Assembly: GCA_040954595.2 (NCBI GenBank)
Contig: CM082590.2
Coordinates: forward strand, 5,828,001 to 5,892,000
Source: Balanoglossus misakiensis
Lineage: Eukaryota; Animalia; Hemichordata
Direction of reading: 5' to 3'
Length of the DNA stretch: 64,000 nt
Made by a program: the position numbers and the translations under genes. Numbering within the stretch: position 1 is the first letter of the stretch; each line of letters begins with the position of its first letter. Shown here in pieces: positions 48,880 to 62,903 of the stretch. Under the pieces are notes generated by a model, which was not told the DNA's origin, ran no database searches, and saw only the letters and a list, made by a program, of their open reading frames with translations.

Positions 48880-49110
48880 TCGTTTGGTCGAATATGATTT
48901 GCATGATGTAGCTTTCAGAGAGGTTGTATTTCATGGGTTGTTTTGCCAGAAATTTATCGAGACGTTCTTGAAAGAGTTCACAGAATTTGTGGTGACAACA
49001 TGGTCCGGTAGGTTGTTCCAAATTGTAGCTGTCCTATTTGTGAAGAAATTTCTTCTAGTGTTCTGGTGTTTAGTCTTATATTCATGTGGAATTTTGAGAA
49101 AAGTGTTGCT
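48880..49110 (-). mobile_element. CR1/L2-type LINE 3' fragment
   Basis: Minus-strand translation RRNFFTNRTATIWNNLPDHVV..NSVNSFK resembles the CR1 ORF2 C-terminus. Confidence 0.6.
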
Positions 49111-52100
49111 ATATTATCGTCCTATTCCAGGATGCTGTGATTCCTCCCAGCCAAACTAAACTATCGCAAGAAAAGACAAAATGTTCCCTTGTAGTCATAG
49201 GGATAAATTAAAGCTGCAAGCAGCATTGATGGGACCCAAGCAAACAGAGGTAATCATGACACAATGGATGGGTTATAGGCTCATGTAAATTGTCAAAACT
49301 GACAAATTCTGGACTTTGCGCATTTGGGTGATTTTGTCATTTTTGCACATTTTTCATGGGTTATAGCTCACGAAAATTAACAAAAATGACAATTTTTTGA
49401 CTTTGCGAATTTTCAATATTTCTCCATTTAAAAAAAAAATCATGGTTTATAGCTCATGAAAATCATCAAAAAATGAGGTCACCCCAAATTTGGGATAAAA
49501 ATTTAGACTCCATATTGGTCCATATGCAACAAAAACCAGACTTTTAGCCTTTTTGGTTAGTCTGGATTTAGGTATGCACATAATTAATGAGTTAAGCAGG
49601 TGTCACAGGTGACCCCCAATTTTGGCTTTTCTTTGTGATCCATCCCTCTAAACGCCAAGGCTGTATCTGTTCTGGATGCCGAGATATGGAAAAGTAGGTC
49701 AAAGGTCACCTGAGGTCACTATGAGCAGCACCAGTTGTCTGTAACACGCACACTGTACAGAAGGGTACACACACAAAGGCAGTAACGGGATTAAACCATT
49801 TCAGTTACAGGGGAACTTACTCCTATTCCAAGCTGCATTGATTCCTCCCAGCCAAACTAAACTATCGCCAAAAAAATAGCGTCAAGGACACTGTGGTCCC
49901 ATTTGAGGATTATGCGGAAACAGTGACACACCAGAATAAAAATTACAGGTGACATTGCAAGCAGATATGATCTTACCATATAGAAATATGGAATGTAAAA
50001 AAATTAACAAGGAACATGCCCAATAAACTGTCATGTGTCATGGCAGTCTTACAAGTGGTGCTAGAAAAAAATTTGACCAAAAATTGTCTGTACAGACACA
50101 TATGAGAAGAAACTTCTTTCAGTCAGCCCTGGAACAGACACACAAAAGTCACAGACAGACACACAAGGACCTGCCACTGGTAATTAAAAATTTAATAGCT
50201 GGTGGTCTCTGTAACAGCTGGCGTATTTAAGTTATGTAAACATGTTTTAGTTCGGGGTAACAACTCCTTGTAAATAGTAACTTTAAAAACAACTGGACAA
50301 TTGGTTTAGAAGATTTGCTAACCAAAAACAAAGAAACTTACAAAAAAACTCGCTAAATATTGTATATTTCTGATATCAGAATTGAATAAAAGTTGCAAAT
50401 ATACATGTATGTGTTATGAAATTACATCCTTAATTTCAAAGCAATCAGAGAAAAAACAAATTTCAAAGCAATCCAACAAGCAGTTTTACAGAAAATATTT
50501 GTTCAAAAGTGGCAAAAACACAAATATGCAAATATTACCAAAATCTTACATCAATCACTACAGGGAACATGCCTGCCAAAGCTCAATGCAATATGACAAG
50601 TGGTTTCAGAGAAAACAATTTTTGACAAAAATTGCAAAAGTTTCCCCAATATCACATGTATTTTACAACATATTACTTAGGTTACTCCTACGAACATGCC
50701 TACCAAATTGCAAAGCAATCTGGCATGCGGTTTTAAAGAAAAAAAAATTTGACCAAAAATGGCAAATATTGCTCAAAATTATAAATATGCAAAATTTGCA
50801 ACAATTTGAACAAAACTATGTTTACTCAGACAACCATTAGGAAGCTTCATACTAAATTTCAAAGAAGTAAGCCCATCACTTTCAGAAATGAAGACTTTTT
50901 ACCAATAACATGGAAAAATACAAAAAAATGCATAAAAAATAGGTAATCAATAATATTAGCTCAAAACATACAGGACTGTATGAGGTTGACATAAGGTACA
51001 TGCATACCAATTTTCAAATCAATATGACCAGTGGTTGTCGAGTTTTTGAGTTTTGACCAATTTCACATTTCCCCAGCTAATTTGCATATTTTTGGCAATG
51101 ACAACTTCATTTGAACAAACTCCCATCTACAACCCTGCCTGCATCTACACACCAAATATCGAGGTCATACGCGCTGTGGTTTTCAAGTTTTTGATGAGGA
51201 CGAACATACAGACATCCATCCATACATACATACATACAGACGCAATCGATCCCATAAGGTCTCATGGTACATACCAATGGGACCTAAAAAAACGGTCAAG
51301 AGAAAAACGTTCCCTTTTAGTCACCTGTTTATTGCACACAAAAATAAACACACTCTTGATTACATTACAGCAATACCAGTTTATACCCAATAAACAAGAC
51401 ATAACTTGTATTTACAAAATCCATCATTAGTTTAGATAATAATGTTACAATGCATATACATGTATAGCAAATACACAGGGGGGGAATTTCATGTGTGAAT
51501 ATATTTATCATCGACAAAAACTAACAATGTTATACAAAATTTAATTGGTATGTACATGTCATTGTGGAGTTTCTATCAGATATAGCATGACAGCCAATTA
51601 GGTTTTACTTGTGACCAGACAGCCAATCAAGTTTCATGTATAAAACCAAACAGCCAATCAGGTTTCATTTATTACTTCCCTCACAAATTTAAATTCAAAG
51701 TAACACCCTTGATGTGATTGGTCAATATATGGCCTTGCATTGAATTCAACTGAATGATGGCTGTGTGAGGGCGCTCCACTTATGACATGGATGTATGCAA
51801 ATCTGCATTGAAGCTGTTGCTTGCAGAAGTTACCGGGGGCAACAAGGTCATTGAACTGAACTACCGCAAAATCTCATTTTCAGGTAGCCTGTAATATCAA
51901 AGTATTTTGTAAAAATAAAGACACTATGAATATAACAGCTGACAGTCAATATAGGCCACTTTCATGACCCCTGAGTGACCTTACATCCTGGTGTATTGGT
52001 GGTATGACATCATCATTCAACATTTACATACAAGATTCAGACAATTTTTTTTACTAGGTTGAGAAATTTGACCCATAGATGAATCAAGCGTTTAAACCCC

Positions 52101-53513
52101 CAAGTGGTAAACTCATACCTGGAAATTGCCAGGATGTAAAGGTCATAGAGAGGTCATTTCACACTGACATATATGAGCGAACCACTGAGACCATGTTTGA
52201 ATGCCAAACTTTCAGAATGACACAAACTGTGAAAAAAAACTTCACTTAGAGATAGTAATTAATACTGGTTTCATAGTGGTAATAACTGGTAGAGTGTGGT
52301 AAAAGGTCGTTATTTGTCCAGCACATCAGACCAAACTAGTTCCTGCACAGACCAGAATAGTGAAACAAAAATCAAAAGTTACAACCACTCTTCATGTACA
52401 CATATGCAAATTTTGCCCTTCTTTTAATTTTCTGCAGATTTTTCTAGTGGTAACGGTAGTTTTGTGGTAAATAAAAGGGAAACAAAAGTATTCACACAAA
52501 AAAGTTTTTTTGACAAGACCAAATTGTCCAGAAGACTTTAAAATGACTAGTATGATGACCCCCTAAGTGACCTTTAAATCCTGGTGTTTTGTTGATATCA
52601 GACACTATTCAACGTTACATTAACATCAATATTATTTAACAAGAAAATTCAATTTTTTTTATAGTTCTGGGATGAGTGTGAGTGCACAAACTCAAAAAGT
52701 ATGAATAACTGTCCAAGAGCTTAAGGATGTACGCGCAGAACATAAACTGATAAACAGTGAATGTGTGTCTTTTTCCCATAGGATTACATTTAATATTTGC
52801 TAGAAAACAAACTTCTACTATTGTCATTTTCACCAAATTTTACGCATAAATATGTAATACAGTAAATATAAATTCATTGGTCAAATAAAATCGCGTGGTC
52901 ATCGCGCTCTATTTTGAGATAAATTTTGTCAAAATGTTTGCCCATAGACAAACCATTGGTGAAATATGCTGAGTCAGCAGTTTTTTTCTATTCTCGACTA
53001 AATTCATGTCTCTGTGTTTCGGGTTTTCATTATACATACACAGAAGAATCCAAAAATCCACAATTAAAAAAAATGACAATACTTTCAATTTTACTGAACG
53101 TACATCCTTAAAACTCAAAATGGTCAACTCATATCAACAAAATGCCAGGATGTAAAGGTCATGTAGGGGTCACGAAAGAGGACTTCTTGAAAGCTGTGCG
53201 ACACAGCACGCCAGACCAAAACTGAAACAGAACACAACTTACAATGAGACACAAAAAAAGATTCTTGTACAAAAAAATGAACGCTTACAAAAAATGCTTG
53301 GAATGAATTCTCTACAGATTTTAGTTGTCCCTCTGGGGTGACATCTGATAGCTTTGTCACCCCTACCACCCCTGTTCCTTGTCAAGTGGTTTCAACCATA
53401 CCATTGACATTACTAGGGTTATACCAATGCCTGATAGTGATGGGTAAAAAAGAAATCACATGTTCCAGACATGATGTTTGATAGTGTCATGAAATAAAAA
53501 CACGAAACACAAT

Positions 53514-53708
53514 TTAAAGGTATAGGGTCGCCTTTAGCAAATTTAGCTACAGTTGCCATGGCAAATTGAGATCTAGCCAATCACAGATTTTCAGTGGGTG
53601 GCACATGCAAAAAAAAAGAGAGCCATCATATGTTCTTTAGAACACTAAAATACACCATTTCAGCCATATATGGGCATATGTAAATTAGAGGTGACCTTAT
53701 ACCTTTAA
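53514..53708. mobile_element. Small TTAA-flanked MITE (related copies at ~56160-56338 and ~58998-59250)
   Basis: TTAAAGGTATAGGGTCGCC...GGTGACCTTATACCTTTAA. Confidence 0.7.
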
Positions 53709-54467
53709 TGGAAGCACTACAGTTTTGTATCAAAATAACAAGAATGTAGTAAACACAGATGGAATTGGACAGACCTATATGTTGGTGGTTTTTAAAAAGC
53801 ACAAAACAAAAATCTTTCCGAGGCCAACTTGTTGAAAACTGGGCTGATTCTACTATTAACGACAGACTTGGCTGAAAACAGTTTACAAAAAATGCTATAT
53901 AAACTCTATACATGCAAAAAAACTGTAAATGAAAAAAACAACGAAATTAAATAAACCAATAAGATATCACAATAATTTGATATCAGCTCTTTTCAAGAGA
54001 AAATTACATGCTAAACAATTACAATCGAAATAATGTTTTAAACTTGTATCTTTTTATTCTATTTTATTGAAAGTAAATTGTAAATGGGCATTAATTTGCT
54101 ACGTTTGTCCCACGAGGGCGGTATTGTGGAGAGCGCCCTCATATGACAAACCTTGGAGACTAATTGGTGTGCACTTCAATGTGATTTGTTTTGTGTATTT
54201 GAATGTAATTTGCATATTTGCTGACTTAGTTTGAATCGGCCATCTTGGCTTCTTGATTTAACACCACATTTCTGTATCAAAATCTCTGTTAGGCATTTCA
54301 TCAGAATTATTTGGGATTTACTTGGCAGAAAAACGTCCACCTAGACAATATTTCTGATCAAAAAATAATCCAAATATTATGAAGCTTCAACATATTTCAT
54401 ACATCATCATATAATAATTAAAGTGAAGAACTATAAGGATATTTCATATAAATGCCACTCTTGTACC

Positions 54468-54600
54468 GTATGTATGTGTGTGTGTGTGTGTGTGTGCACG
54501 TGCGTACATGTGTGTATGTATGTATGTATGTATGTATGTATGTATGTATGTATGTATGTATGTATGTATGTATGTATTTGTGTATGTACGTATGTATGTA
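54468..54600. repeat. (TG)n/(TGTA)n microsatellite
   Basis: Read directly from the sequence. Confidence 0.95.
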
Positions 54601-54693
54601 CCGTAGTTGCCCGGGTAAGAACCCCTGCTCGGACAAACGCCCCCCCCTGGTTTTAGGGCCCATTTGTAGATCGAGGCCATATCCGGTCTAAAG

Positions 54694-54730
<37 letters not shown>

Positions 54731-55230
54731 CCGAATATCCATTAAATTCTTGGAAATTTAATAAAGTGCAATGCAAAAAAGGCGGATTTTCATCCCCAAA
54801 GTCACTAAAAGTGAAAAAAAATGTATGATGATTTACTTTCGCGCTGATTATCGTACCCACCGCGGCCGACTGGCCACGCTGAGTTATATATAGCCGCTCT
54901 AGAAAACATGACCTCAGACAGGTCCCTCGGGACCGTGCCTCGAATTCAACGATCACGTAGATGGACGCGCTGCCGCGTGTGAGGTCACCGGGGAGCTTTC
55001 CAAAGCGGCCGCGTGGAGCTGCTTCAGTCCGTCCTCGACGCGAAACACCCAACATTGGAAGATCCCGACTTGGACTCGGAGAATGAACCACTCAAAAATT
55101 TGCATAAAAGTCGAGGTGGCCATCCCTCATTTGCATAAATCTCGAGGCCATATCCGGGCTAAAGCCCCCCCCCTGTTTTTTCGCTAATCTGTTGGCCCAG
55201 CACCCGGGGCTCTTACCCGGGCAACTACGG
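54601..55230. mobile_element. Tc1/mariner-pogo-like MITE with TA TSD, inserted in the microsatellite
   Basis: TA|CCGTAGTTGCCCGGGTAAGA ... TCTTACCCGGGCAACTACGG|TA. Confidence 0.85.
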
Positions 55231-57190
55231 TATGTACGTACGAATGTATGGATCAACCTATGTACTGGGGTGTCTGTGTGGCTGTATGTCAGATAATATG
55301 TAAAGGTATCAGGGAGTCTGAGTGACAATGATGGTGTTTGGCAACATTGAATGAGTGTGGTTATAAAACACAACAAATATTCACATGTCTATAGCTTGAA
55401 AAATTCTGTGAAAACATTCAATTTACAATTTATCACAAGTAATATTAAACCATATACTCAAATCACCCTGATTTTTTTTTTCCAAAAATTTTGTTTATGC
55501 GAATGACATACACAAACACAATGTAAGTGTTGATAATACCGTCAACCTTGCAATAGTTTTTCTTGCCATGGCAGACATCTTGTTTACAATATGTTTAAAA
55601 TGGCATTTAAGGTCTCTCAGACAAACAAGAAATTTATACTCAGAAACTTATCCTACATTATTGTTACGAATCAAAAATATCTTCAGACAAACTATTGCAA
55701 TATACAAATGTTCCTCAATTCTGGCTGCCTTAGATAGGTTTTTGCTTCATGCTAGGGGGTCAAATCACATTATAATAATTGCATTCTGGGTAAAAGGTCG
55801 ACTATTCACTGTAGGAAAAAATAGAAGAAATGATACTTTAACTGTATTTCATGACTTCCTTTGGTCAAACATTTCTGTCTTTGTAGTTGACATATTAAAA
55901 TCATTCTTTTTCATATTATTTTTCTGATGCAATGTGTAAGAATGCCCAATTATCACTTAAGCTTATGAACTTCCATTTCTTAAACTTAGCAAAAATCGGC
56001 CATCTTGAAATTGGGTCGACCATGTGAAATTTTTATCACTCACCTAGGTAGCAAAAACCTACTTAAGGCAGCTAGAATTACACATGGATGTTAGCACACA
56101 TGGATATTTCATATGTTGGACATTATCGTTTCCACATCGAGGTTCTGAGACAAAACATGGTTAAAGGCATGCAGTCACCTATGCAAATTTCCGCCACCAT
56201 TACTGTAGAAAATTGAGATCCAGCCAATCACAGTTTTTTTGCGGGCTGACTCTGTGATCACTTGAAGACCTGGACATGCTCTTTTAACCATAAATGGGCA
56301 TATGTAAATTACAGGTGCTTGTGACTGTATACCTTTAAGCCAGGCAGTATCATTGGATATCTGTACAACTGGTACTGACAAATTGGAAGACAACAGATGT
56401 AATGAGTACACTTTTGTATGCAAATGATATATGTTCATATGCAAACATATACCTTTATATGCAAATGAATATAGTCATATGCTAATGAGTACATTTTAGA
56501 ATGCAAATGATAATTTCATATGCAAACATATACGTTTGTATGCAAATGAATATACAGTCATATGCTAATGATATACTTTCATATGCAAATAGAATTATCT
56601 ACAATAAATGCAAAGCTGACAATAACACTCATCAAAAAAGAGTGATTATTTGGATATAATTACAACAAATTCACACTATTTTTTTACAGTTATTACAAAT
56701 TAACTTGCGTTAGGGCTTTATATCAAAGAGAAATATCATTATCATTGTTATCAATTTTATGAAGACTAAAATCATGCTGAGCTTCCAGACACAACTGCGT
56801 CAATATAGGACTTGTTGCTATGACAACAATGTTACCGATCATTCTGAGGAAAGTCAACATTTGGATATTGCTATGACAACCACGACATATCCAGGTATTT
56901 GTACTGTTAGTATATTCGTTCACATCAGAAAATTTGCAAAATAAATAAACAAATGTTGCAGATATAAACATAATTTTACACCCCATCCCCCCAAACAAGC
57001 TTCCACTCCAAAATGAACATGAAAAGTCAATTGGGTGTAATGGCCTTTCCATCCCTTCTCTTGCAATGGAACAGTCCTGGGACCAAACCATATCATTGGG
57101 TCAACAGGTCAATTTAACTGTAGAATTAGGGCAATCCACTGCACTGGGCTAAACCAATATGTCAAGGAGGGTAGGTCAGGTATTTCATAG

Positions 57191-60100
57191 TTATTTGTCG
57201 TCTGTATGTATAAATATTTGGATGTCATTTTCGGAATTTTGCAAGGGTTGATGGGCAGCAGCTTTCTTGGCGGCCATGAGTCTTTTTCTGGCTTCTTCTC
57301 GGGCTTCTTTGGCTTTGTTTGTTGTTGTTGTTGTTGTTGTTTTGCCCGTTGTTTTCTTGGCTACATTCTTGTCTGTATTACTGACTCGCATCGGTTTCCG
57401 TGTTTTACTCTGCAACAAAAATGGTGACATAGTTGTGAATGGTCACATTTTATGCAAAGTAGGGTTATAGTTTGTAACAAAATAGCTACATTGTTGGAAA
57501 GGGTCTTTTATGCAAAGTAGGGTTATAGTTTGTAACAAAATAGCTACATTGTTGGAAATGGTCACATTTTATGCAAAGTAGGGTTATAGTTTGTAACAAA
57601 ATAGCTACATTGTTGAAAATGGTCACATCTCATGCAAAGTAGGGTTATAGTTTGTAACAAAATAGCTACATTGTTGGAAATGGTCTTTTATGCAAAATAG
57701 GGTTATAGTTTGTAACAAAATAGTTACATTGTTGGAAATGGTCACATTTTATGCAAAGTAGGGTGATTGTTTGTAACAAAATAGCTACATTGTTGGAAAG
57801 TAGGGTTATAGTTTGTAACAAAATAGTTACATTGTTGGAAATTGTCACATTTTATGCAAAGTAGGGTTATAGTTTGTAACAAAATAGTTACATTGTTGGA
57901 AATGGTCACATTTTATGCAAAGTAGGGTTATAGTTTGTAACAAAATAGCTACATTGTTGGAAATGGTCACATTTTATGCAAAGTAGGGTTATAGTTTGTA
58001 ACAAAATAGCTCCATTGTAGAGCGCGGAGACCCCTATATTTTATTTGACCAATGAATTTATATTTACTTGGACTGAGCTATGTGTAAAATTTCGAGAAAA
58101 TGACAATAGTAGAAGTTTATTTTCTGGTGATTATCAATGTAATCCTATGGGAAAAGACCGGGCGCGCAGTGTTTCCGGTTTATGTTCTGCGCGTACATCC
58201 TTAAGGTAGAAAGAATTGCGAGGACTTACTTGTTTTGATCTGCTAGGATTTTGTTGAGCTGGTAACTTCCAGCCATTTTGTTTCAGCAGACGGATTTCGT
58301 CGAACATTCGGTTCACGTCCTCCACTTGTATCATCACCATGTCCCAGAAGCCAGCCAAGTCTGAAGATGTCGTCTTCAAAGATGTCGATGGATCCGGGCT
58401 CTAGATTCACACAAAAACCAAAAGTATTGACTTGTAACAGATACAGTCAAAACCTGTGTACATGTATAGTGGCCAGTGTAGGTCATGTGCTGTTTCAACT
58501 TGCAAGTCTTGCTCAATATAATTTGCACATCTCCAGTGGATAAAGTCAATGCGAACTGGTATACGCGTACATTATTTTTGCGTAAATATGGTCAGATATG
58601 CATTAAATATGCAGGATTTTGCATTAAAAGGACAAAGTCTCTCTCTTGCTGCCCTTTTTCCATTTATTATATTTGATACAAGAGTCTGTTTATGTTATTC
58701 TACGTGTGGATATATAGTGAACCAACGTTTGACTACACACAACTTCCATCCCACTTATAGACACGAGAGTGAAAAACTCACCAAAATGAATAATCGATCT
58801 CTACCATTTATTCATTTTGGTGAGATTTTAGCTCTTATATCCTACAAACGGGATGGAAGTTGTGTGTGGTTGAACTTTCATTCACTATATATCCACATGT
58901 AGAATAACATAAACAGTGTCTTGTATAAAATATAATTAATGGGAAAAGGGCAGCGAGAGAGAGAGACTTTGTCCCTTTAAGAAAAAAAATAGCACATAGG
59001 TATTTAAAGGGACTTGACACTCTAAAGAGATACGACACGTACCCAATAGCATTAGGGTTAAAGATATACAGTCACCTCCAATTTAAATACACCCATATAT
59101 AGCTGAAATGGAGTATTTGTGCATTCTAAAGAACATATGGTGGCGCTCTTTTTTTCGCATGTGCCACCCACTGAAAATCTGTGATTGGCTAGATCTCATT
59201 TTGCTATGGTAACTATAGCTAATTTTCCATGGGTGACTGTATACCTTTAAAGCAATACTTACTGTATTTTGTAGACAGAGTCCTTTGAACTGCTTGAATT
59301 TCTTCCGTGTGAGTAACTGTCCTTTGCCAATAGAAGAGCGGATTTTTCCGCTAACTGTCAAAAAAAAAAATAGTGTTCATTAGTTTTTATACACCATGCC
59401 TCAAAACCTCTAGAGCTGCCACTTATGGCATTATTTTCATGATGTTATTTTCAAACTTAAAAGCGCATAGCTCGTCTCACGCGCATGCGCGTAACTTCCC
59501 AGCAAATTTTCCGTTCGATGCATTCAAAGAGTGGACTGCCTTCCCTTCCTTCCATATTTCATGAGCACCGTATAAGTAGATTCTGGTTTTGTCCCTCCTT
59601 TTCACCCACGCTGGTGTCTTTTCCCGATCTCCGACACAGATTATGGTCGCCGCCATCTTGTGTGAGCACTGCCTTATGGGATTGACTGTTCACTAAACGT
59701 CTGTAGCTACAGTTGGAACATGTGTGTGAGACGAGCTACGCGCTTTAATTGGTCCATCTAAATAAGCTTACTGATAGGTATACATGAACAACTCACCAAA
59801 ATCCGATTGTGAATGCATGTTGCAATTTGAACACGCTATGTATTAAACAGGTGCCACACCAATTTAATCAGCCTCCATACAAACAGTATGCAGCTATCAT
59901 GGTATGCGTCGAGTTGAAAAACTGAACTGCAAATATTATGGCTTAATGGTGAGGATTTTAGAGGATAGGGAATATATTTGAAGTATTTTATTGTGGAAAA
60001 AAATATGTGAAATTTGGCAGCTATAGGGGCTTCAAGGAAAAAGGTGGACAAATTTTGTGGCCATATGAGAAATAGAATCTCACACACCAAGGATCTGGGA

Positions 60101-62903
60101 TCATATTTCTCACACTCATTGGGGATATTTTTTCCTACAAAATCCCCAACTCGTGTGAGATATATGATCCCAGGTCCTTTGGGGTGTGAGATTCCATTAA
60201 AGAGACAAAGTCTCTCTCGCTGCCCTTTTTCCATTAATTATGTTTGATACAAGACACCGTTTGTGTTTTATTTTACATGTGGGTATATTTAAGTGAATCA
60301 ACATTCAACGACACACAACTTCCATCCCACTTGTAAACACAAGAGTGAAAAACTCGCCAAAATGAATAATCAGTCTTTACCGTTTATTCATTTTGGGAGA
60401 GTTTTTACTCTCATATCCTATAAACAGGATGGAAGGTGTGTGTGGTCGAACGTTTATTCACTACATATCCACATGTAGAATAACATAAACAGTGTCTTGT
60501 ATCAAACATAATTAATGGAAAAAGGGGAGCGAGAGAGAGACTTTGTCCCTTTAATCTTTATCAAAAAGAGAAAGTGCAAAAATCACTCACTCTCTTCCGA
60601 CAGTTCATTCCGGTGCAAGTCTTCTTCAGCATCTTGGCAAAGTTTGTTAAGTCTCTCCTCCTCTGAAGTCACCACTTTCATGAAGAAGTGGCCATCTCTG
60701 TCCTCTTTCGGCGACTTGACAAGATTCCTCGGTTTGTGCGAGCTATCCACCTCGTCGAGTACCTCGTTTCCTTGCGTGTCAGATTCGGGTAACGTCGAGC
60801 TTGTTTTGGGAGTCGTGTCCGTGGGAGATGTCCTTTTCACGAGAACTACAGATGAAGATTTTTTCTCTAGGGGGCTCGTTGGGGATGTACACTTCTCTAC
60901 AGAGCTTAAAGACAACACTTTCTTCTCGGTAGAACTTGACAAGGTCTTATTCTCAAAACCGACGCTACTTGAAGTTTTCCGTTCGACAGAGGCAGTCGGC
61001 GAGGATCTCTTGTCTGTGAGACCGGTCGGAGAGGCCCTCTTCTTGGGCACCTTCACGTCGGGCTTGACCGGGACGGGTGGGGGCGTCCGTCTTTTTGCTG
61101 TTGTACTTTTAGCGGGAAAGTGTTTGAATGTTCCGCTCAGTTTATCATCGGATTTTCGCAGGTTTGCAGGCGGGGCCGACTTTGAAGTTGGGGAGCGAGC
61201 GAGCGATTGCGACTTCGACGTCGGCGAGCTACGCAGACTTGATGTGGATGGCACCGATAACGTGGTAGCCCCTGTGAGTGAGGACGTCTTCGATGTCGGC
61301 GAGTTGCGAAGACCGGCAGTGGACGAGGCAGACAACGTCCTCCGTGAGCCGTCACCCTTGCCTGGCACTGACGAGTGACCGACTAAATTCCGATTGGAAG
61401 CGATGAAGTCCTTCCGCACCGACGTTTTGGGTCTTGTCGCCATACCGACAGAATTGGACGACGCCTCTCTCCGGGTCGGCGTCGGTGGCAACGTCCGTCT
61501 ACTCGGCTCCTGGGCGCCGTTCTTTTTCGTCGGTTCCTCGCTGCTGGTCACGTTGCCTAGCAACATGGCTTTCCTCTCAGCGACGAGCGATTTTCGTTTC
61601 CCTGACGTTTTCCTCTGTATGGGCTGATCGTCTGGTTGCTTGGGCGACCATTTTTCCTTCTCGTTGGCCGTTTTGGCTTCCCAGGCCGCTTTCTTCTGCT
61701 GCACACTGACACCCTTATCCCCGTTCTGTTGTAACAACACACTGGGACCGACACTACGACTACGCACACTCTTCCCGCTGGCCGATCGTCGATACGTCCC
61801 TTTTGGGGGCGACATACTTCCTGTACGCACGTGCTGCTCCTGCTGGGAGCTTTGTGCGCGACTCTCTCGCGAAGAAGTTCTTGCCGCTTGAGTCGGTGAC
61901 GACGTTTTCCTCGCACTTCCCGCCGATCGGATCTTTCCCGCCCCCTCGGCGCTATTCCTGGAAGAGTAGGCGTTTCCGGACTTGGAATGATCTCTGGGCG
62001 GCGGACTTCCGGCGTCTTTGCCGCCCAGGGTAATCTCCACCGTTGTCGTGTACTTGGAACATTTCCTGGTGGCTCCGGGAGACGTGGATCCCAACGACTG
62101 TCGGCTGCCGGTTGGCGGCAAACCACTGCGGCTCTGACCGTTCCCGGACCGCGGTCCTCCGTTCTCGCTGCAGGTTTTCTTGGCGGCCATCTTGGAGTGC
62201 CTCCGGGCGCGGTCCTCGGCCGGACTGGCGACTTCGCCGTCCTTCTTGCCGGCCGAGGGACCGACCTGGAACATGGCGCTCTCCGCCGACCTGTTGCCGG
62301 TTCTCTGTGCACACACCACGCTTCCATTGTGGTTGATCTCCGCATCGTTCGTGTCGCGGCGAATCTCATTATCGGTCGGGCACTTTGGCGCCCTCTGAAC
62401 CTCGTTGCCAGTTCCACATTTGACCCTCTCCGCACACTCTGTGTCATCATCATCATCATCAGACTCGTCCGCATACTTGAAATTCAATTTCTTCTCCCAA
62501 TCCGTCTTCTCCGACCGACAGTCATCATTCCCGTCCTCCTCCTCCTCCTCCTCCTCCTCCTCATACGTCAACTCCCACTCTTTCATTCCGTTCTCCTCGT
62601 GGTCACAGCACATCAATCTCCACTCCTTCTCCCCAAATTTTTCCATGGTGTACTTGTCGTTCACACAGTCGTCAACAACGTGCGTTTGTTCCTGTCGTCG
62701 AAACTGCCTCGCTAGATGTTCATTGTAGTCCACGATGGACGAAAACTCTTCCCCGAACAGTTCCTTTGGCGATTTCATACACAGGTTCTCATCCAAAAGT
62801 TTATTATTATTCTCTTGATTGGCTGCAGATCTGCTGCTATCTATATCTACAGAATCATCTAACACTGGTCTTGCTCTGTCTTCCATTCTGAAGTAACTTA
62901 CAT
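57191..62903 (-). CDS. DLGAP: Disks large-associated protein (DLGAP/SAPAP/GKAP family); 5' end possibly outside the window
   Basis: Exons 62903(or ATG 62886)-60591, 59354-59263, 58400-58230, 57409-57191 join in frame. GKAP-domain motifs: RDGHFF, GKIRSSIGKGQLL..KKFKQFKGLC, DLAGFWDMV.IQVEDV..MF..I..LKQNGW, EARKRLMAAK. Confidence 0.88.
57437..58016. repeat. ~61-bp minisatellite in the last intron of the DLGAP-like gene
   Basis: Repeated TATGCAAAGTAGGGTTATAGTTTGTAACAAAATAGCTACATTGTTGGAAATGGTCACATTT. Confidence 0.92.

Noticed and set aside
54418-55091. ORFs with YIHT/MYVC/poly-G repeats
   Set aside because: They are translations of microsatellite and poly-C inside a MITE.
56415-56595. Cluster of ATGCAAAT octamer motifs as an enhancer
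   Set aside because: It is a degenerate short tandem repeat, and the motif is common in repeats throughout this window.
60515-62728. Plus-strand and alternate-frame ORFs over the large exon
   Set aside because: Shadow ORFs of a GC-rich coding exon on the - strand.
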